Shown: positions 46,023 to 56,091, counted from the stretch's first letter. The stretch: 64,000 nt of DNA from an uncultured Pseudomonadota bacterium (GCA_949292375.1 CASEZG010000009.1:4766-68765), one strand, 5' to 3'. Made by a program: numbers and translations. Notes: generated by a model not told the origin, from the sequence alone.

Positions 46023-46793
46023 ATGTATATTTGGGTTGTGTTGGCAACATTTATTGCGATTTTGTATTCTTTTAATCTGGCAACGCGTTCGGATATGCGT
46101 GAGGTTTATGTCGAGCCGCAGGCCGAAGCCGTGGTCAGTAAAATTTTGTTGCAGCATCGAGCCGCTGAAAATTATGCTCGCGATTTGGGGTATAATTCAT
46201 ATTATCCGGGTGAAGTTGATTTTGAACTTTTGTGTCAGAAAAATTATTTGCCTTATGGATTGGAAGGGTGTGACCCGAGTGATACGAGTAGGATTTCAAG
46301 ACGGCAAGATATACATTCAAGAATTTATTGTTTGGATAGAACAACATCGGGTTATTCTCAGTCGATTTCTGGTTGTCCGGGAAGTCCGAGTTGCTGTTCT
46401 CAGGATGATTCGTATAATTATGTGGTTACGTATGGTTGTGTTCCACCTCGGTGGCGTAATATTAAAACAGGTAAACCAAATAATGATTTGTTAAATGCCA
46501 TTAAAAATACGGTTAGTTTGGGTGTTAATATCGGTTATGCCGATTTTGAAGAAAAAACTTTTTTACGCGTATATAATCAGGCAACTTCCGGTACCGTTCA
46601 GGATAAATATACTATGAGGTTGGTCGGAAGAGAAACAGAATGGGTTGGAATTCCCGAATATGTGGTTAATGATACGGAAGGCGGAAATGCTTCTTTTAAT
46701 CGTATGTGCGTGGAATCGTTAAAAAATGAGGACGGGGAGATTATTGATCCTAAGGTTTGTTCTTATTGTCTGGTTTATATAACCCCGATTTAG
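46023..46793 (+). CDS. membrane-anchored Cys-rich hypothetical protein (256 aa)
   Basis: N-terminal hydrophobic helix YIWVVLATFIAILYSFNL. At least 10 Cys, including CPGSPSCCS and YGCVPPRW. Stop lies 20 nt before the next gene. Confidence 0.6.
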   Translation: MYIWVVLATFIAILYSFNLATRSDMREVYVEPQAEAVVSKILLQHRAAENYARDLGYNSYYPGEVDFELLCQKNYLPYGLEGCDPSDTSRISRRQDIHSRIYCLDRTTSGYSQSISGCPGSPSCCSQDDSYNYVVTYGCVPPRWRNIKTGKPNNDLLNAIKNTVSLGVNIGYADFEEKTFLRVYNQATSGTVQDKYTMRLVGRETEWVGIPEYVVNDTEGGNASFNRMCVESLKNEDGEIIDPKVCSYCLVYITPI

Positions 46794-46813
46794 GCATAAT
46801 GAGGAGAGTTAAT

Positions 46814-49800
46814 ATGTTGAAAAACAAATATATTAAATTAAACGAGCTAGGTAGCCTGATGGTTGAGGCTATGGCTATGCTTGCCCTCATTTCTATGGTT
46901 ACGCCGATTTTGTATCGTAAAGCGGCGGAAAGAACAAGTGAATTGCAGGATATTAATGCTGCCGGACAGATGCGTAGCTTGATAAAATCCGTAGATGATT
47001 ATGTGAGCGACCATTATAATGAAATTGTTAACGGAGATTCTGTCAGCAATAGTGCGAGCAACTCTGTTAGTTATAGTGATTTAGTTTCTAACGGTAAGAA
47101 GGAAATTGACATCACTCATTTTAGAGATTATTTGCCCTATGGTTTTTTGGATTCATCGGGTAATGTTCAGGATACTCGGACCTTTAGTAAGGATTATAAA
47201 GTTGTTTTCAAATATACAGATGCAGGGAATCGAAAAGCCGTAACAGCTTTTGTCATTGCAGAACCTAAAGAAAAAGCTAATTTTCCAATGCTTAGAGCTT
47301 CCCGTATTGCTTCAATGGTTGGAACAAACGGTGGTTATGCTCAGGTAAGCGGTGGAAAAGTTCAGGTTAACGGTGTTCAGGGTATTTGGACAATTGATAA
47401 TATGAGTTCGGAGTTGGGTGTTACAACAACAAACGGCTCTATTGTTACATCTTCAGTGCAGCCGATTGTTGAAGCTGGTGGCGGTGGTCAGAGCGAGAAC
47501 TATTTGTATCGTATTGATATGAGTGGTAATCCCTCAACGGAGAAACTCAATCAGATGGAGGCTAACCTTAAATTAGGTGCTGATGGCGGAGATCATCATA
47601 ACATAAGCAATGTTAACCAACTGATTATTACGGCTCAAAATCAGGCTAAGTTTTCCGATAATAGTAAGGGTATTGACGGAGCTTTGTTAGTTCAGGGAAC
47701 CGGTGGTGCAACAATCGGCGGTAATACGGTTATTGGCGGAAATTTATCTGCTCTTGCCGATAAATTTAAAGTTAATAATGCCGGTTTGCAATATGGAACT
47801 CTATTTACCGTAACAGATAGTGAATTGAAGTATGGTACGGATGGAAGCGTTATAAAAGCAAGCGCTACGGATTTGAATTTATTAAATGGTAAGATTACGG
47901 TTAATACCTCGGGGACAAAGATTAACAGTAAGACAAATATTGCCGGTGATACGGTTATCGGTGATTTGAATGCAACCGTGAACTCCACAGACGGAACACC
48001 TAACAAGTTAACGGTCAGAGGAAATGCTGACGTTACTGGCGTATTTACGGCGGGAGAGGTGCGGACGCCTATATTTAAGACATTAACTTTGGATGCCGGT
48101 GCTCCATCTTATACCGGGCCTTGGAATTTTCATGTCGAGGCAAGTAAAGCTAGCTTTGCTCAGCCTGATTTTACCGTTGGAAGTGATAAGCTGAAAATTT
48201 CTTCGGCAGAATCGAGTATGCGTAATGCGAAGATTACGCTGAATGCAAATGATGTTGCTCAGGCCGTACTTGATGCAAGCGGGGTAGATATCAGCTCTAC
48301 GAATAATGCTAAAATGCATGCCAACAATAGTTTACATTTATATACAGGTTCTTTGAGCCCCGCTTTGACACCTAATGAAGTGAGCATTCAAGATTCAATG
48401 TTTAGGGTAAATAGGGGATATATTACGATTGATTCTGTCGTAAATAGTTTTTCAATCAGAAATACGGATGCATCCAAGTTAGATCAAGTGGATGTGGCTA
48501 ATGCCGTTAGTCGAGTTCGTAATATGAACTTTCAGGTTGAAGAAACTGACGGAGCTTATGTTCTTAAGGTTGAACCGACAACGGCAAACAGCTCTAAGGT
48601 TAAAGTGGATGGCGAATTAATCGTTTATAATGATAATGCAGTAGGAGATTCTGCTGAGAAGTTGTTACAGGTTTCTCAGGCGAGTAATAACAGCGGGGGT
48701 AATGCTACGGTGGAAATTTCTCGCGGAAAAATGATTGTTAAAGATAATGAAACAACACCGAAGAAAATTTTGACGGTTGATGCAAATGAAACGGATAAGA
48801 CTACAGCTGACAGAGGTAGTGTTTATATTCGTAAGGGTGTTGTTGAGTTAGAATCTTCTTATGGTTCTCAATTGACAGATGCGCAAGTGCAAGCACAGGC
48901 AACTGCCGGTAATGATAAGGGTTATGTTCGAGCAGATCGTTTTGTATCTAATCGTGCGTGGACCAATCCGATTACGTCAGGTGTACCAGCCGGATTTAAT
49001 CGCGGAACAACGTATGATGCATATCAGGTTAATCCTGCTTATACATCAGTTATGCATGATATTAAGCTGACATCTCGTGGCGGGGCTCGTTTGAGCGATG
49101 TTTTACCTGATTTTATTAACAAAGGTATTTATGTTGTAGATAATACTTATTTGGAGACTTTTGGTAGTTGGGAAAATGCTAACGGATGTCCGGCTAAGAC
49201 AAGTGGCGATAGTTGTCAGACGGTAAGTAGCACATATGTAGCTAAAAATCATACGGATTGGACTTCTCCGTGGCTTGGTGTTGTTCCTGCACCGATGTGT
49301 CCTCCTGGATATGCTAAAGTTATTACGATTATGCCTGCAGGTTTTGCTATGGCGCAGGCGGGTATTCCGGGAACCAGACAACCGGGAAGAAAACAAGATA
49401 TTGTTATTGTTAATTATCCAAAAGATCCGAATGAAGATTATACCTCTAATCCGGCAAATAAACCTACACCTTTGTATTTCCAGAAAAGCACATGGTTGCG
49501 TGCTAAGGTATATTCTCATGGTTCGGATAATACGTTTAAGGGATGGAGCGCAATTATGGGCTTTATGTATCCTTATACTTATTATAAACAATATATGGAT
49601 GATTTAGGTTTGGGTTTGAGTGGTAATGATGCGATTGCATGGAATCTGTTTCCCGTATTTAGAAAACAATTGGAGGCTTATGCTACCGTATATTGTTATT
49701 TTGATCGAAAAGGGGGATTGGGTACAAAATTTGATGCTAATTTAGTTGATACAACTTATGATCAGTTGTCGAACTTTAGGGCTCCGATGAGCGGAAAAAC

Positions 49801-49879
49801 GCCAAGTACGGCAGGAAGTGATAGTAATTACTTCAATCGGTTGAATGATCCTAACCTTAAATATACGGAACCGTGGTAG
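46814..49879 (+). CDS. giant prepilin/TadE-like N-terminus protein (~1021 aa) with beta-helix-like central region
   Basis: GAGGAG RBS. Leader MLKNKYIKLNELG, then SLMVEAMAMLALISMVTPIL (Gly-1, Glu+5, ~20-aa hydrophobic helix). Central G/N/T-rich repeats (GGATIGGNTVIGGNL...). C-terminal Cys pairs. Confidence 0.65.
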   Translation: MLKNKYIKLNELGSLMVEAMAMLALISMVTPILYRKAAERTSELQDINAAGQMRSLIKSVDDYVSDHYNEIVNGDSVSNSASNSVSYSDLVSNGKKEIDITHFRDYLPYGFLDSSGNVQDTRTFSKDYKVVFKYTDAGNRKAVTAFVIAEPKEKANFPMLRASRIASMVGTNGGYAQVSGGKVQVNGVQGIWTIDNMSSELGVTTTNGSIVTSSVQPIVEAGGGGQSENYLYRIDMSGNPSTEKLNQMEANLKLGADGGDHHNISNVNQLIITAQNQAKFSDNSKGIDGALLVQGTGGATIGGNTVIGGNLSALADKFKVNNAGLQYGTLFTVTDSELKYGTDGSVIKASATDLNLLNGKITVNTSGTKINSKTNIAGDTVIGDLNATVNSTDGTPNKLTVRGNADVTGVFTAGEVRTPIFKTLTLDAGAPSYTGPWNFHVEASKASFAQPDFTVGSDKLKISSAESSMRNAKITLNANDVAQAVLDASGVDISSTNNAKMHANNSLHLYTGSLSPALTPNEVSIQDSMFRVNRGYITIDSVVNSFSIRNTDASKLDQVDVANAVSRVRNMNFQVEETDGAYVLKVEPTTANSSKVKVDGELIVYNDNAVGDSAEKLLQVSQASNNSGGNATVEISRGKMIVKDNETTPKKILTVDANETDKTTADRGSVYIRKGVVELESSYGSQLTDAQVQAQATAGNDKGYVRADRFVSNRAWTNPITSGVPAGFNRGTTYDAYQVNPAYTSVMHDIKLTSRGGARLSDVLPDFINKGIYVVDNTYLETFGSWENANGCPAKTSGDSCQTVSSTYVAKNHTDWTSPWLGVVPAPMCPPGYAKVITIMPAGFAMAQAGIPGTRQPGRKQDIVIVNYPKDPNEDYTSNPANKPTPLYFQKSTWLRAKVYSHGSDNTFKGWSAIMGFMYPYTYYKQYMDDLGLGLSGNDAIAWNLFPVFRKQLEAYATVYCYFDRKGGLGTKFDANLVDTTYDQLSNFRAPMSGKTPSTAGSDSNYFNRLNDPNLKYTEPW

Positions 49880-49893
49880 TGTTCTTAGCTGAT

Positions 49894-49924
49894 AAAAAAA
49901 GCCTCTAAAAAGGGGCTTTTTTTG
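49894..49924 (+). terminator. rho-independent terminator
   Basis: aaaaaaagcctc taaaaa ggggcttttttt. Confidence 0.7.
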
Positions 49925-50009
49925 TGGATGTGGAAAAAATTATGAAAAGTAGATGTAAAAAATTTTTTATTGAGTATTATTATCTTAATGTGTTTTAAGG
50001 AGAGACAAT

Positions 50010-50750
50010 ATGAAATTTGCAATGTTTTTAGTCCCTTTGTTTTCGTTGGGCATAGTTGTTTCGGCTCAAGCGCAAACGGCAAAATCGGGGGTTCAATCTT
50101 TTCAACAAGGGAATGATGCTTGGCGTCGTGATGCTTTGGCTGATAATCAGCCCGCAGTTATAAGTCAAAATATAATCGATGCTGTTGGAAACTCGGCAAT
50201 AGCAAATATTTCAGAGTCAGAAGCGGTGTTTTGTTATCAGGTGACAGCAAAACCTGCCGGATATAAGGGGTATACTCTTGATAACATGGCTATTACCGGT
50301 TTTTGCGGTATTGTTGAAAATAACTTAAAGGATATGATTGTACGACAGTTTTTGGCTACGCCTGAAAATATTTCAAATGAAGTTGCTCAATGTGTGATTA
50401 AACCGAAGCTTATGTTGCGTTTTGTGCGCGGTGTCGACTATACAGATATTTTGCTTTCGTCTCCTTGCCATTCTTTTACCATTTTTTATGGCGGAAAGCT
50501 TAAAACCTATAATTTTAGTCCGGCAGCAGAGGTTATTGACGTGATGGTTGATTCCTTTAGAGCTAAGACTGTTCCTTTTGTTTCTCCGGCTATGTTGCGT
50601 CAGTTGTTGCCGATTGGTGTGGCGCAAACACAAGAACAGAAGGATTTGGTTGCTAAACAAAGCGGACCCATAAGAAATTGGGAAAGCCAAAGTCCGGCTG
50701 AGGCAAAACCGGCTCCCAAGAAGAGTGGTTGGAATAACTTAAAACTTTAA
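50010..50750 (+). CDS. secreted hypothetical protein (246 aa)
   Basis: Signal peptide MKFAMFLVPLFSLGIVVSAQA. No other motif. Confidence 0.6.
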   Translation: MKFAMFLVPLFSLGIVVSAQAQTAKSGVQSFQQGNDAWRRDALADNQPAVISQNIIDAVGNSAIANISESEAVFCYQVTAKPAGYKGYTLDNMAITGFCGIVENNLKDMIVRQFLATPENISNEVAQCVIKPKLMLRFVRGVDYTDILLSSPCHSFTIFYGGKLKTYNFSPAAEVIDVMVDSFRAKTVPFVSPAMLRQLLPIGVAQTQEQKDLVAKQSGPIRNWESQSPAEAKPAPKKSGWNNLKL

Positions 50751-50755
50751 GATTT

Positions 50756-50785
50756 GAGAAGAGCGGCAGAAATGCCGCTCTTCTT
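50756..50785. terminator. hairpin between convergent genes
   Basis: gagaagagcggc agaaat gccgctcttctt. Weak U-tracts. Confidence 0.5.
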
Positions 50786-51839
50786 AGTTGATATAGGCTA
50801 TTTGGTTGAAAACATTTTCTAAAAAGAACAGAGAAACGAAACAAACAAGAGCCGCTATAATTGGTGTAAATACCCAACCTAAAGCGATGTGCCATAAAAT
50901 ATTCCAGTTGATATTATTACCGCCTTTAGCGATGCCAATGCCTATAATTGCGCCGATAACGGCTTGAGAGCTTGAAACAGGGACCAGAGGCAAAGCAGGA
51001 AGGTTGTGTGATAAAAGAAAATGTTGCAATCCTTGTGATGCAAACAGAAAAAGAACCAAGCCTTGAGATACAACAACTATCCATGCAACCAGCGGAGACA
51101 TATGCATTAAGTTATCTCCGACGGTATTGATTACTTTGTGAGAATAAGTGTAAACGCCGCAACTTATTGCCAAACCGCCGATTAGAAATAAGACTTGTGT
51201 CTTGTCTAGATGTAGAATGTTGCCAAAGCTGATTTCGTGGAATGGGGCTGATTCAACAAAGACGCCCATAACATTTGCAATATTGTTGGCTCCCAGAGCA
51301 TAGGCTCCAAAGGCACCGGCAATAATCAAGCCGATGCGCGTATATAAGTCTTGTCGAATTAGGTGAATTTTGGAGTGTCTGATAATGTTTTTTACCAGAT
51401 AATATATCATGATTGCTATTATGCCGGCTAAAATAGGACATATTATCCAAGTGCCTGCAATTTGAAGAAAAATATCTATCTCTGTTGGTTTTCCACTGTA
51501 TAAGTTCCAACCAATAATGGCCCCGACGATGGCTTGAGATGTGGAAACAGGCAAAGCTGATTGGACCATCCAATAAATGCTTAATGCGGCTGCAAGAGCT
51601 ACCATAAAAGCTCCGGGTAAGGTGTTAATGTGTCCAAGTTTTCCGAGTGTCTCGCTTGCTCCTTCTCCGGTATATACTGCTCCGATGATGATGAATAGAG
51701 ATGAGATGAGCGCGGCAGTGCGAAATTTGACCATTTTTGTGCCGACAGCTGTTCCGAAGACGTTGGCTGCATCGTTGGCACCTAAGGACCAACCTAGAAA
51801 TAAGCCGCTGCTCAAGAATATGAAATAGCTCAAATCCAT
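50784..51839 (-). CDS. pit: inorganic phosphate transporter, PiT family
   Basis: GANDAANVFGT and a second GANNIANV repeat. Multi-pass membrane protein. Confidence 0.92.
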   Translation of the reverse strand: MDLSYFIFLSSGLFLGWSLGANDAANVFGTAVGTKMVKFRTAALISSLFIIIGAVYTGEGASETLGKLGHINTLPGAFMVALAAALSIYWMVQSALPVSTSQAIVGAIIGWNLYSGKPTEIDIFLQIAGTWIICPILAGIIAIMIYYLVKNIIRHSKIHLIRQDLYTRIGLIIAGAFGAYALGANNIANVMGVFVESAPFHEISFGNILHLDKTQVLFLIGGLAISCGVYTYSHKVINTVGDNLMHMSPLVAWIVVVSQGLVLFLFASQGLQHFLLSHNLPALPLVPVSSSQAVIGAIIGIGIAKGGNNINWNILWHIALGWVFTPIIAALVCFVSLFFLENVFNQIAYIN

Positions 51840-52498
51840 CAGATGTCTCTTTTAATGGTGAAAATAAGAAGTTCATCAACGCAGTCTTCGGCAATATCTG
51901 CAATATCAGCAACTTCCGTAATTAAAGAATCTAGTTGCAGTTTGTTGGCAAGCGGAAGATCAGAATCGAAAATTGCTTGCAACATCCGACCAGAGGTTAG
52001 GTCTGATTCATGTTCAATGAAGTAAACTTTTTGAGAATAATCACGCACGGTGCTGAAATCTCTGAAAAATGCACGGGAGGCGATAGCCATATTTTCGGCA
52101 CAATCGGAGACTTGTTCGCATAAGTCAATAAGTCTTGCATGATATTCTGCCGGAATATCAGGTTGTTCAATATAAAATTTGTAAGTAACTTCATCAAATT
52201 TGTTGATGATTTTATCTAAGTTTTCGACCAGATGCAAAACATCACCGCGAAGGTCTGGAATGAGATTTTGGACGTAAAGTTTGTTTTCTATGTCTCGGCG
52301 CAAGGCGTCTGCATCATGTTCAATGGTTTTGATTTGTTTGCTTAATTTGCGATAATTTTCTCCTCTTTTTTCTTCCAAAAAAACATGGATGGCTTTTTTG
52401 AAAGTCATCGCAGCATCAATAAGCTTATCGTGGAACAAATCTATTTTGTTTTCCAGTGATTTTGTGCGGGCAAAAAGTGATACTTTAATATGAAACAT
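51839..52498 (-). CDS. DUF47/PhoU-like phosphate transport regulator (PiT accessory)
   Basis: Helical DUF47 pattern (IEHDADALRRDI..., IEHESDLTSGRM). Its stop overlaps the pit start. Confidence 0.8.
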   Translation of the reverse strand: MFHIKVSLFARTKSLENKIDLFHDKLIDAAMTFKKAIHVFLEEKRGENYRKLSKQIKTIEHDADALRRDIENKLYVQNLIPDLRGDVLHLVENLDKIINKFDEVTYKFYIEQPDIPAEYHARLIDLCEQVSDCAENMAIASRAFFRDFSTVRDYSQKVYFIEHESDLTSGRMLQAIFDSDLPLANKLQLDSLITEVADIADIAEDCVDELLIFTIKRDI

Positions 52499-52670
52499 TT
52501 GTGCTTCCTTAAAACAAGTTTTTGGTTAAATTATAAATCTAATTTATGAATAAAGGTTTAGCAAATTAGGGCAAAATGAAAAATTATTCTATAAAAATAG
52601 GCTTGTAAATATGTTTAAGATTGGCTAAATTATGTGATGTTTTATTATATAATAATTTAAGGATACTAAA

Positions 52671-53393
52671 ATGAGTAAATTGAATTCACTTTACGTCTCT
52701 TTGTTGGCATTGTTGGTTGCCATTGCTGCTTTGGCTTTGGGGATTCACAATGGTGCACAGAGAGAATCTCTTAGCGTTGAAGAGACTTTAAATAATAATC
52801 CGGAAATCATTATTAATGCTATGCAGAAGTATGAGCAGAAATTGAGAGAACAGGCAGAGGCTGAAGCTCAGAAAATGGTTGAAGCTAATTTGCCGGCTTT
52901 GAATAATGATGCTAATACACCGTTTATCGGTGCGGCTGATGCTCCGATTGTTTTGGTTGAGTTCTTTGACTTTTCTTGCCATTATTGCCATAAAGTTTAT
53001 CCGGCAATTAAGCAGATTGCAGAGGCTAATCCGGATATTAAGATTGTCTTTAAGCCGTTGACATTTGTTGCTCCTATTTCAAAATATGCAGCTAAAGCAG
53101 CTATTGCAGCAAATGAGCAAGGTAAGTTCTTTGATGCTTATAATGCTATTTTTAGTTTTGAAGGTAGACCTGATGAAGCAAAAATTGACGAGTTGGTTGC
53201 TTCTACCGGTGTTGATATGGAAAAACTGAAAGCTGATATGGCATCAGATAAAGTAAATAATACGTTGAATTCTATTAATGATTTGGCTGGAAAAATTCAG
53301 GTGAATGGTGTTCCGGCATTGTTCTTGAACGGTAAGCAACTTCGTACAATTGATGGTGCTGAAATTCAGAGACAAATTGATAGCGTTAAATAA
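52671..53393 (+). CDS. DsbA-family thiol:disulfide oxidoreductase
   Basis: N-terminal anchor. Thioredoxin-fold active site FFDFSCHYCHK. GVPALFLNG. Confidence 0.85.
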   Translation: MSKLNSLYVSLLALLVAIAALALGIHNGAQRESLSVEETLNNNPEIIINAMQKYEQKLREQAEAEAQKMVEANLPALNNDANTPFIGAADAPIVLVEFFDFSCHYCHKVYPAIKQIAEANPDIKIVFKPLTFVAPISKYAAKAAIAANEQGKFFDAYNAIFSFEGRPDEAKIDELVASTGVDMEKLKADMASDKVNNTLNSINDLAGKIQVNGVPALFLNGKQLRTIDGAEIQRQIDSVK

Positions 53394-53409
53394 AACGATA
53401 TTGTTTGAG

Positions 53410-53442
53410 AAAAAAAGCAGTTCTTTGGAACTGCTTTTTTTT
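53410..53442 (+). terminator. rho-independent terminator
   Basis: aaaaaaagcagttc tttg gaactgctttttttt. Confidence 0.85.
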
Positions 53443-53449
53443 AGTAAAT

Positions 53450-53476
53450 AAAAACACCCCTGTTTGGGGCGTTTTT
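53450..53476 (-). terminator. rho-independent terminator of pfkA
   Basis: acgcccc aaaca ggggtgt on the minus strand, followed by T5. Confidence 0.65.
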
Positions 53477-53479
53477 ATT

Positions 53480-54565
53480 TTAGGCTTTGATTTCGCCAAC
53501 GTACATGCCGATTTTTTGTGCGGCTTTGACGTAGTCTCCATGGACATCCAGAAGCGTGGTGCCTTTTTTGACAACTTCTTCCAAAGAATAAGCTTTGGCT
53601 TCACCGTCTTCCCAAACAACCATTTTGTTGGTTTCACCTTTTTCAAGCAACTCTACAGCTTTGGCACCGAAAATTGCGGCAAGCATGCGGTCAAAGGCTG
53701 TCGGAATGCCGGAACGCTGTAAGTGACCCAAGGTGGTAACGCGGGTTTGGAAGTCTGATAAACGTTTGTTGAGTTCGGCACTTAAGTATTGTCCGACGCC
53801 GCCATAAACATTTTCGCCGATGAGGTTCTTGGCACCGATAATGTGTTCGCCGTTTTCAGTTTTGATACCTTCAGAGACAACCAATACGGCGTGGTTGCGG
53901 CCAGATAATTTGACTTCTTTTAGTTTTTCAACAATTGCATCAATTTTGTAAGGAATTTCTGGTACCAAACAAACATCAGCACCGCCGGCTAAGGCTGAGT
54001 GCATGGCCAAGTGTCCGGCATCGCGTCCCATAACCTCCAGAATGAGGGCGCGAGAGTGGGAGCGTGCGGTGGCATCTAAGCTGTCGATTGCTGCGGTGCA
54101 AACTTGGCAAGCAGAGTTGAAACCAACCGAAAATTCGGTAATGGGGGTATCATTGTCAATGGTTTTTGGGATACCAACCATCTTAACACCGGCATTTTTG
54201 CAATAGTTGCTGACAATGTTCATACTGCCGTCACCGCCAACAACAACGATTGCGTCTAAACCAAGAGTTTTTACGCCTTCTCCGAATCGTTTAGAAACTT
54301 CTTCCAAAGATTCCATCTTAACTCCTTTATTCAGAGAGCCCAAATAAGAACCGCTGATTCTTGGCCAGGGTGTGTCCGAAAAATTGTGAACGGTTAAAAT
54401 TTCGTAGGCAAGGGACTTTTCGGTGAGGCCATCCGTACCATTCTTGATACCATAGACTTCCCAGCCCAATCTGCTGGCAGAATTAACCACGGCTCTGATG
54501 ACGGCGTTTAAGCCGGCACAGTCACCACCACTGGTTAAAATACCAATTTTTTTTGTGTTGCTCAT
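53480..54565 (-). CDS. pfkA: 6-phosphofructokinase (GGDGS-type, ATP-dependent-like)
   Basis: GILTSGGDCAGLNAVIRAVV, VVGGDGS, GIPKTIDND, MGRDAGHLA. Confidence 0.92.
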   Translation of the reverse strand: MSNTKKIGILTSGGDCAGLNAVIRAVVNSASRLGWEVYGIKNGTDGLTEKSLAYEILTVHNFSDTPWPRISGSYLGSLNKGVKMESLEEVSKRFGEGVKTLGLDAIVVVGGDGSMNIVSNYCKNAGVKMVGIPKTIDNDTPITEFSVGFNSACQVCTAAIDSLDATARSHSRALILEVMGRDAGHLAMHSALAGGADVCLVPEIPYKIDAIVEKLKEVKLSGRNHAVLVVSEGIKTENGEHIIGAKNLIGENVYGGVGQYLSAELNKRLSDFQTRVTTLGHLQRSGIPTAFDRMLAAIFGAKAVELLEKGETNKMVVWEDGEAKAYSLEEVVKKGTTLLDVHGDYVKAAQKIGMYVGEIKA

Positions 54566-54697
54566 ATAAAAACTCCTAGTTTTCTTTATTGTTGATTTTT
54601 TTTCAAATATGCTGTATAATCTAATACAAATTTTGAGGAATTATTTCCAGCAAAAATTTTTGTTTTCATCGTTTTTTTTTCGGGAAGGAACTATTTA

Positions 54698-54910
54698 ATG
54701 TTAAATAACGACAATTTAGGCAAACTTCAGCACCAGCTTTGTGAACTGAGACTCGAGGAACGCCGCGTTTGTTCGGATATAAGACATTTAGTTGCCAAAA
54801 ATCAGACGATTGATTTTTTTCAGGCCAAACAGCTTAATACGCTTCGCTCGGGTTTGAAGAAAAAGATTAAAACCGTTGAAGCTCGGATTATGCCAAATAT
54901 TATTGCTTAA
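54698..54910 (+). CDS. DUF465 (YdcH-like) small protein
   Basis: GGAAGGA RBS. Coiled-coil pattern L..L..E...ld..I..L, and a ...LKKKIKTVEARI tail. Confidence 0.6.
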   Translation: MLNNDNLGKLQHQLCELRLEERRVCSDIRHLVAKNQTIDFFQAKQLNTLRSGLKKKIKTVEARIMPNIIA

Positions 54911-55037
54911 GGCAAGTTTTGATTTGTGTAAAAAGGCTATGTTTTTTTATGGCTTTTTTGCTTGCATATTCTGAAAGCCTGTGATAAAAAGCAATTCAAT
55001 GTTTAACCTTTAGATAAGTTGAAAAGGGGTGATTTAA

Positions 55038-55244
55038 GTGGTTCAGGTTACTGTTATCGGTAATGACGTTGCTCAGTCTTTGAAAGTTCTGAAGAAGAAA
55101 ATGCAACGCGAAGGTATCTTCCGTGAAATGAAGTTGAGACGTCATCATGAGAAAAACTCTGAGAAGAAAGCTCGCCGTCAGGCTGAGGCTATCAGACGTG
55201 CCCGTAAGCAGCTGCGGAAGCGCTTAGATACTGAAGGATTCTAA
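55038..55244 (+). CDS. rpsU: 30S ribosomal protein S21
   Basis: GTG start. ...[32 protein letters not shown] is near-identical to alphaproteobacterial S21. Confidence 0.93.
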   Translation: MVQVTVIGNDVAQSLKVLKKKMQREGIFREMKLRRHHEKNSEKKARRQAEAIRRARKQLRKRLDTEGF

Positions 55245-55266
55245 TTTTTTTAGAATTGTTGAGTTT

Positions 55267-55297
55267 AAAGCCGTTACTTATTGGTAGCGGCTTTTTT
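55267..55297 (+). terminator. rho-independent terminator of rpsU
   Basis: aaagccgttac ttatt ggtagcggc followed by T7. Confidence 0.7.
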
Positions 55298-55653
55298 TAT
55301 TCACATTTATAATAACCACCGCAAGAATATGCTCCTAAATTTTTGCCTAAGGCTTTGCACTCAGCAGCGGTGTAGTGATATGCTTGAGGACAACAATTTG
55401 CGTATATGTTGCTTTTATAAGGGCAGGGGTCTGCTAAAAACATACCGGAATCACATTTTTCATAGATATATCCTTCAGCTTTGCAACGTTGAATGTCGTC
55501 AAGTACAAAATCATCTTGCGGAGGGGTGTATTGGGGTTGAAGATTTTGAAATTTTTCATGGTCTGCCGTGTTTTCTGTTTCGGTAATGAAACGAACATCG
55601 GCTGAAACAGGTAAACTTCCGAATAGAAATATAAAAATTAAAAAGACAGGCAT
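55297..55653 (-). CDS. secreted Cys-rich small protein (118 aa)
   Basis: GAGGA RBS before the ATG at 55653. Signal MPVFLIFIFLFGSLPVSA. Nine Cys in the last ~60 aa (CKAEGYIYEKC...PCPY...NCCPQAY...ECK...SCGGYYKCE). Confidence 0.6.
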   Translation of the reverse strand: MPVFLIFIFLFGSLPVSADVRFITETENTADHEKFQNLQPQYTPPQDDFVLDDIQRCKAEGYIYEKCDSGMFLADPCPYKSNIYANCCPQAYHYTAAECKALGKNLGAYSCGGYYKCE

Positions 55654-55764
55654 TTTGATTATCCTCAAATTTTACTGTTGAAGTTAGTATAATTTTAAAA
55701 GTTTAATAAATAAAAAAACGGCTGTATTTTTTACAAACCGTTTTTTTTGAAAGAATGCGTTCTG

Positions 55765-55947
55765 TTAAATTTCTACAAGATGCATAATCCGGCGAAGCAT
55801 TTCGTCTTTTTTTCTAAGCTTTTGTTTTTTGAGTTCTTCTATTTTGATACAATTTTTCCAGATATGAGATTCTTCTTCTTTTATTACAGCATCAAGATGG
55901 GCGTGCTGAATACGCAAGTTTTCGAGAGATATGTGTTCTACTTCCAT
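55765..55947 (-). CDS. DUF465 (YdcH-like) small protein, second copy
   Basis: LRIQHAHLDAVI...IEELKKQKLRKKDEM matches the DUF465 LKK.KL.lKDe motif. Confidence 0.55.
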   Translation of the reverse strand: MEVEHISLENLRIQHAHLDAVIKEEESHIWKNCIKIEELKKQKLRKKDEMLRRIMHLVEI

Positions 55948-56091
55948 GCGGTCCTCCCTGAGATGTGAACAGTATAATTATAATCATTTGCCGATTGTTT
56001 TTACAGCAATATTATTTTTATACCTATATTCTAGTCCAACATTCTAATTTTGCAATATAAAATATATACCTATAGGTATGTATGTTGAAAA

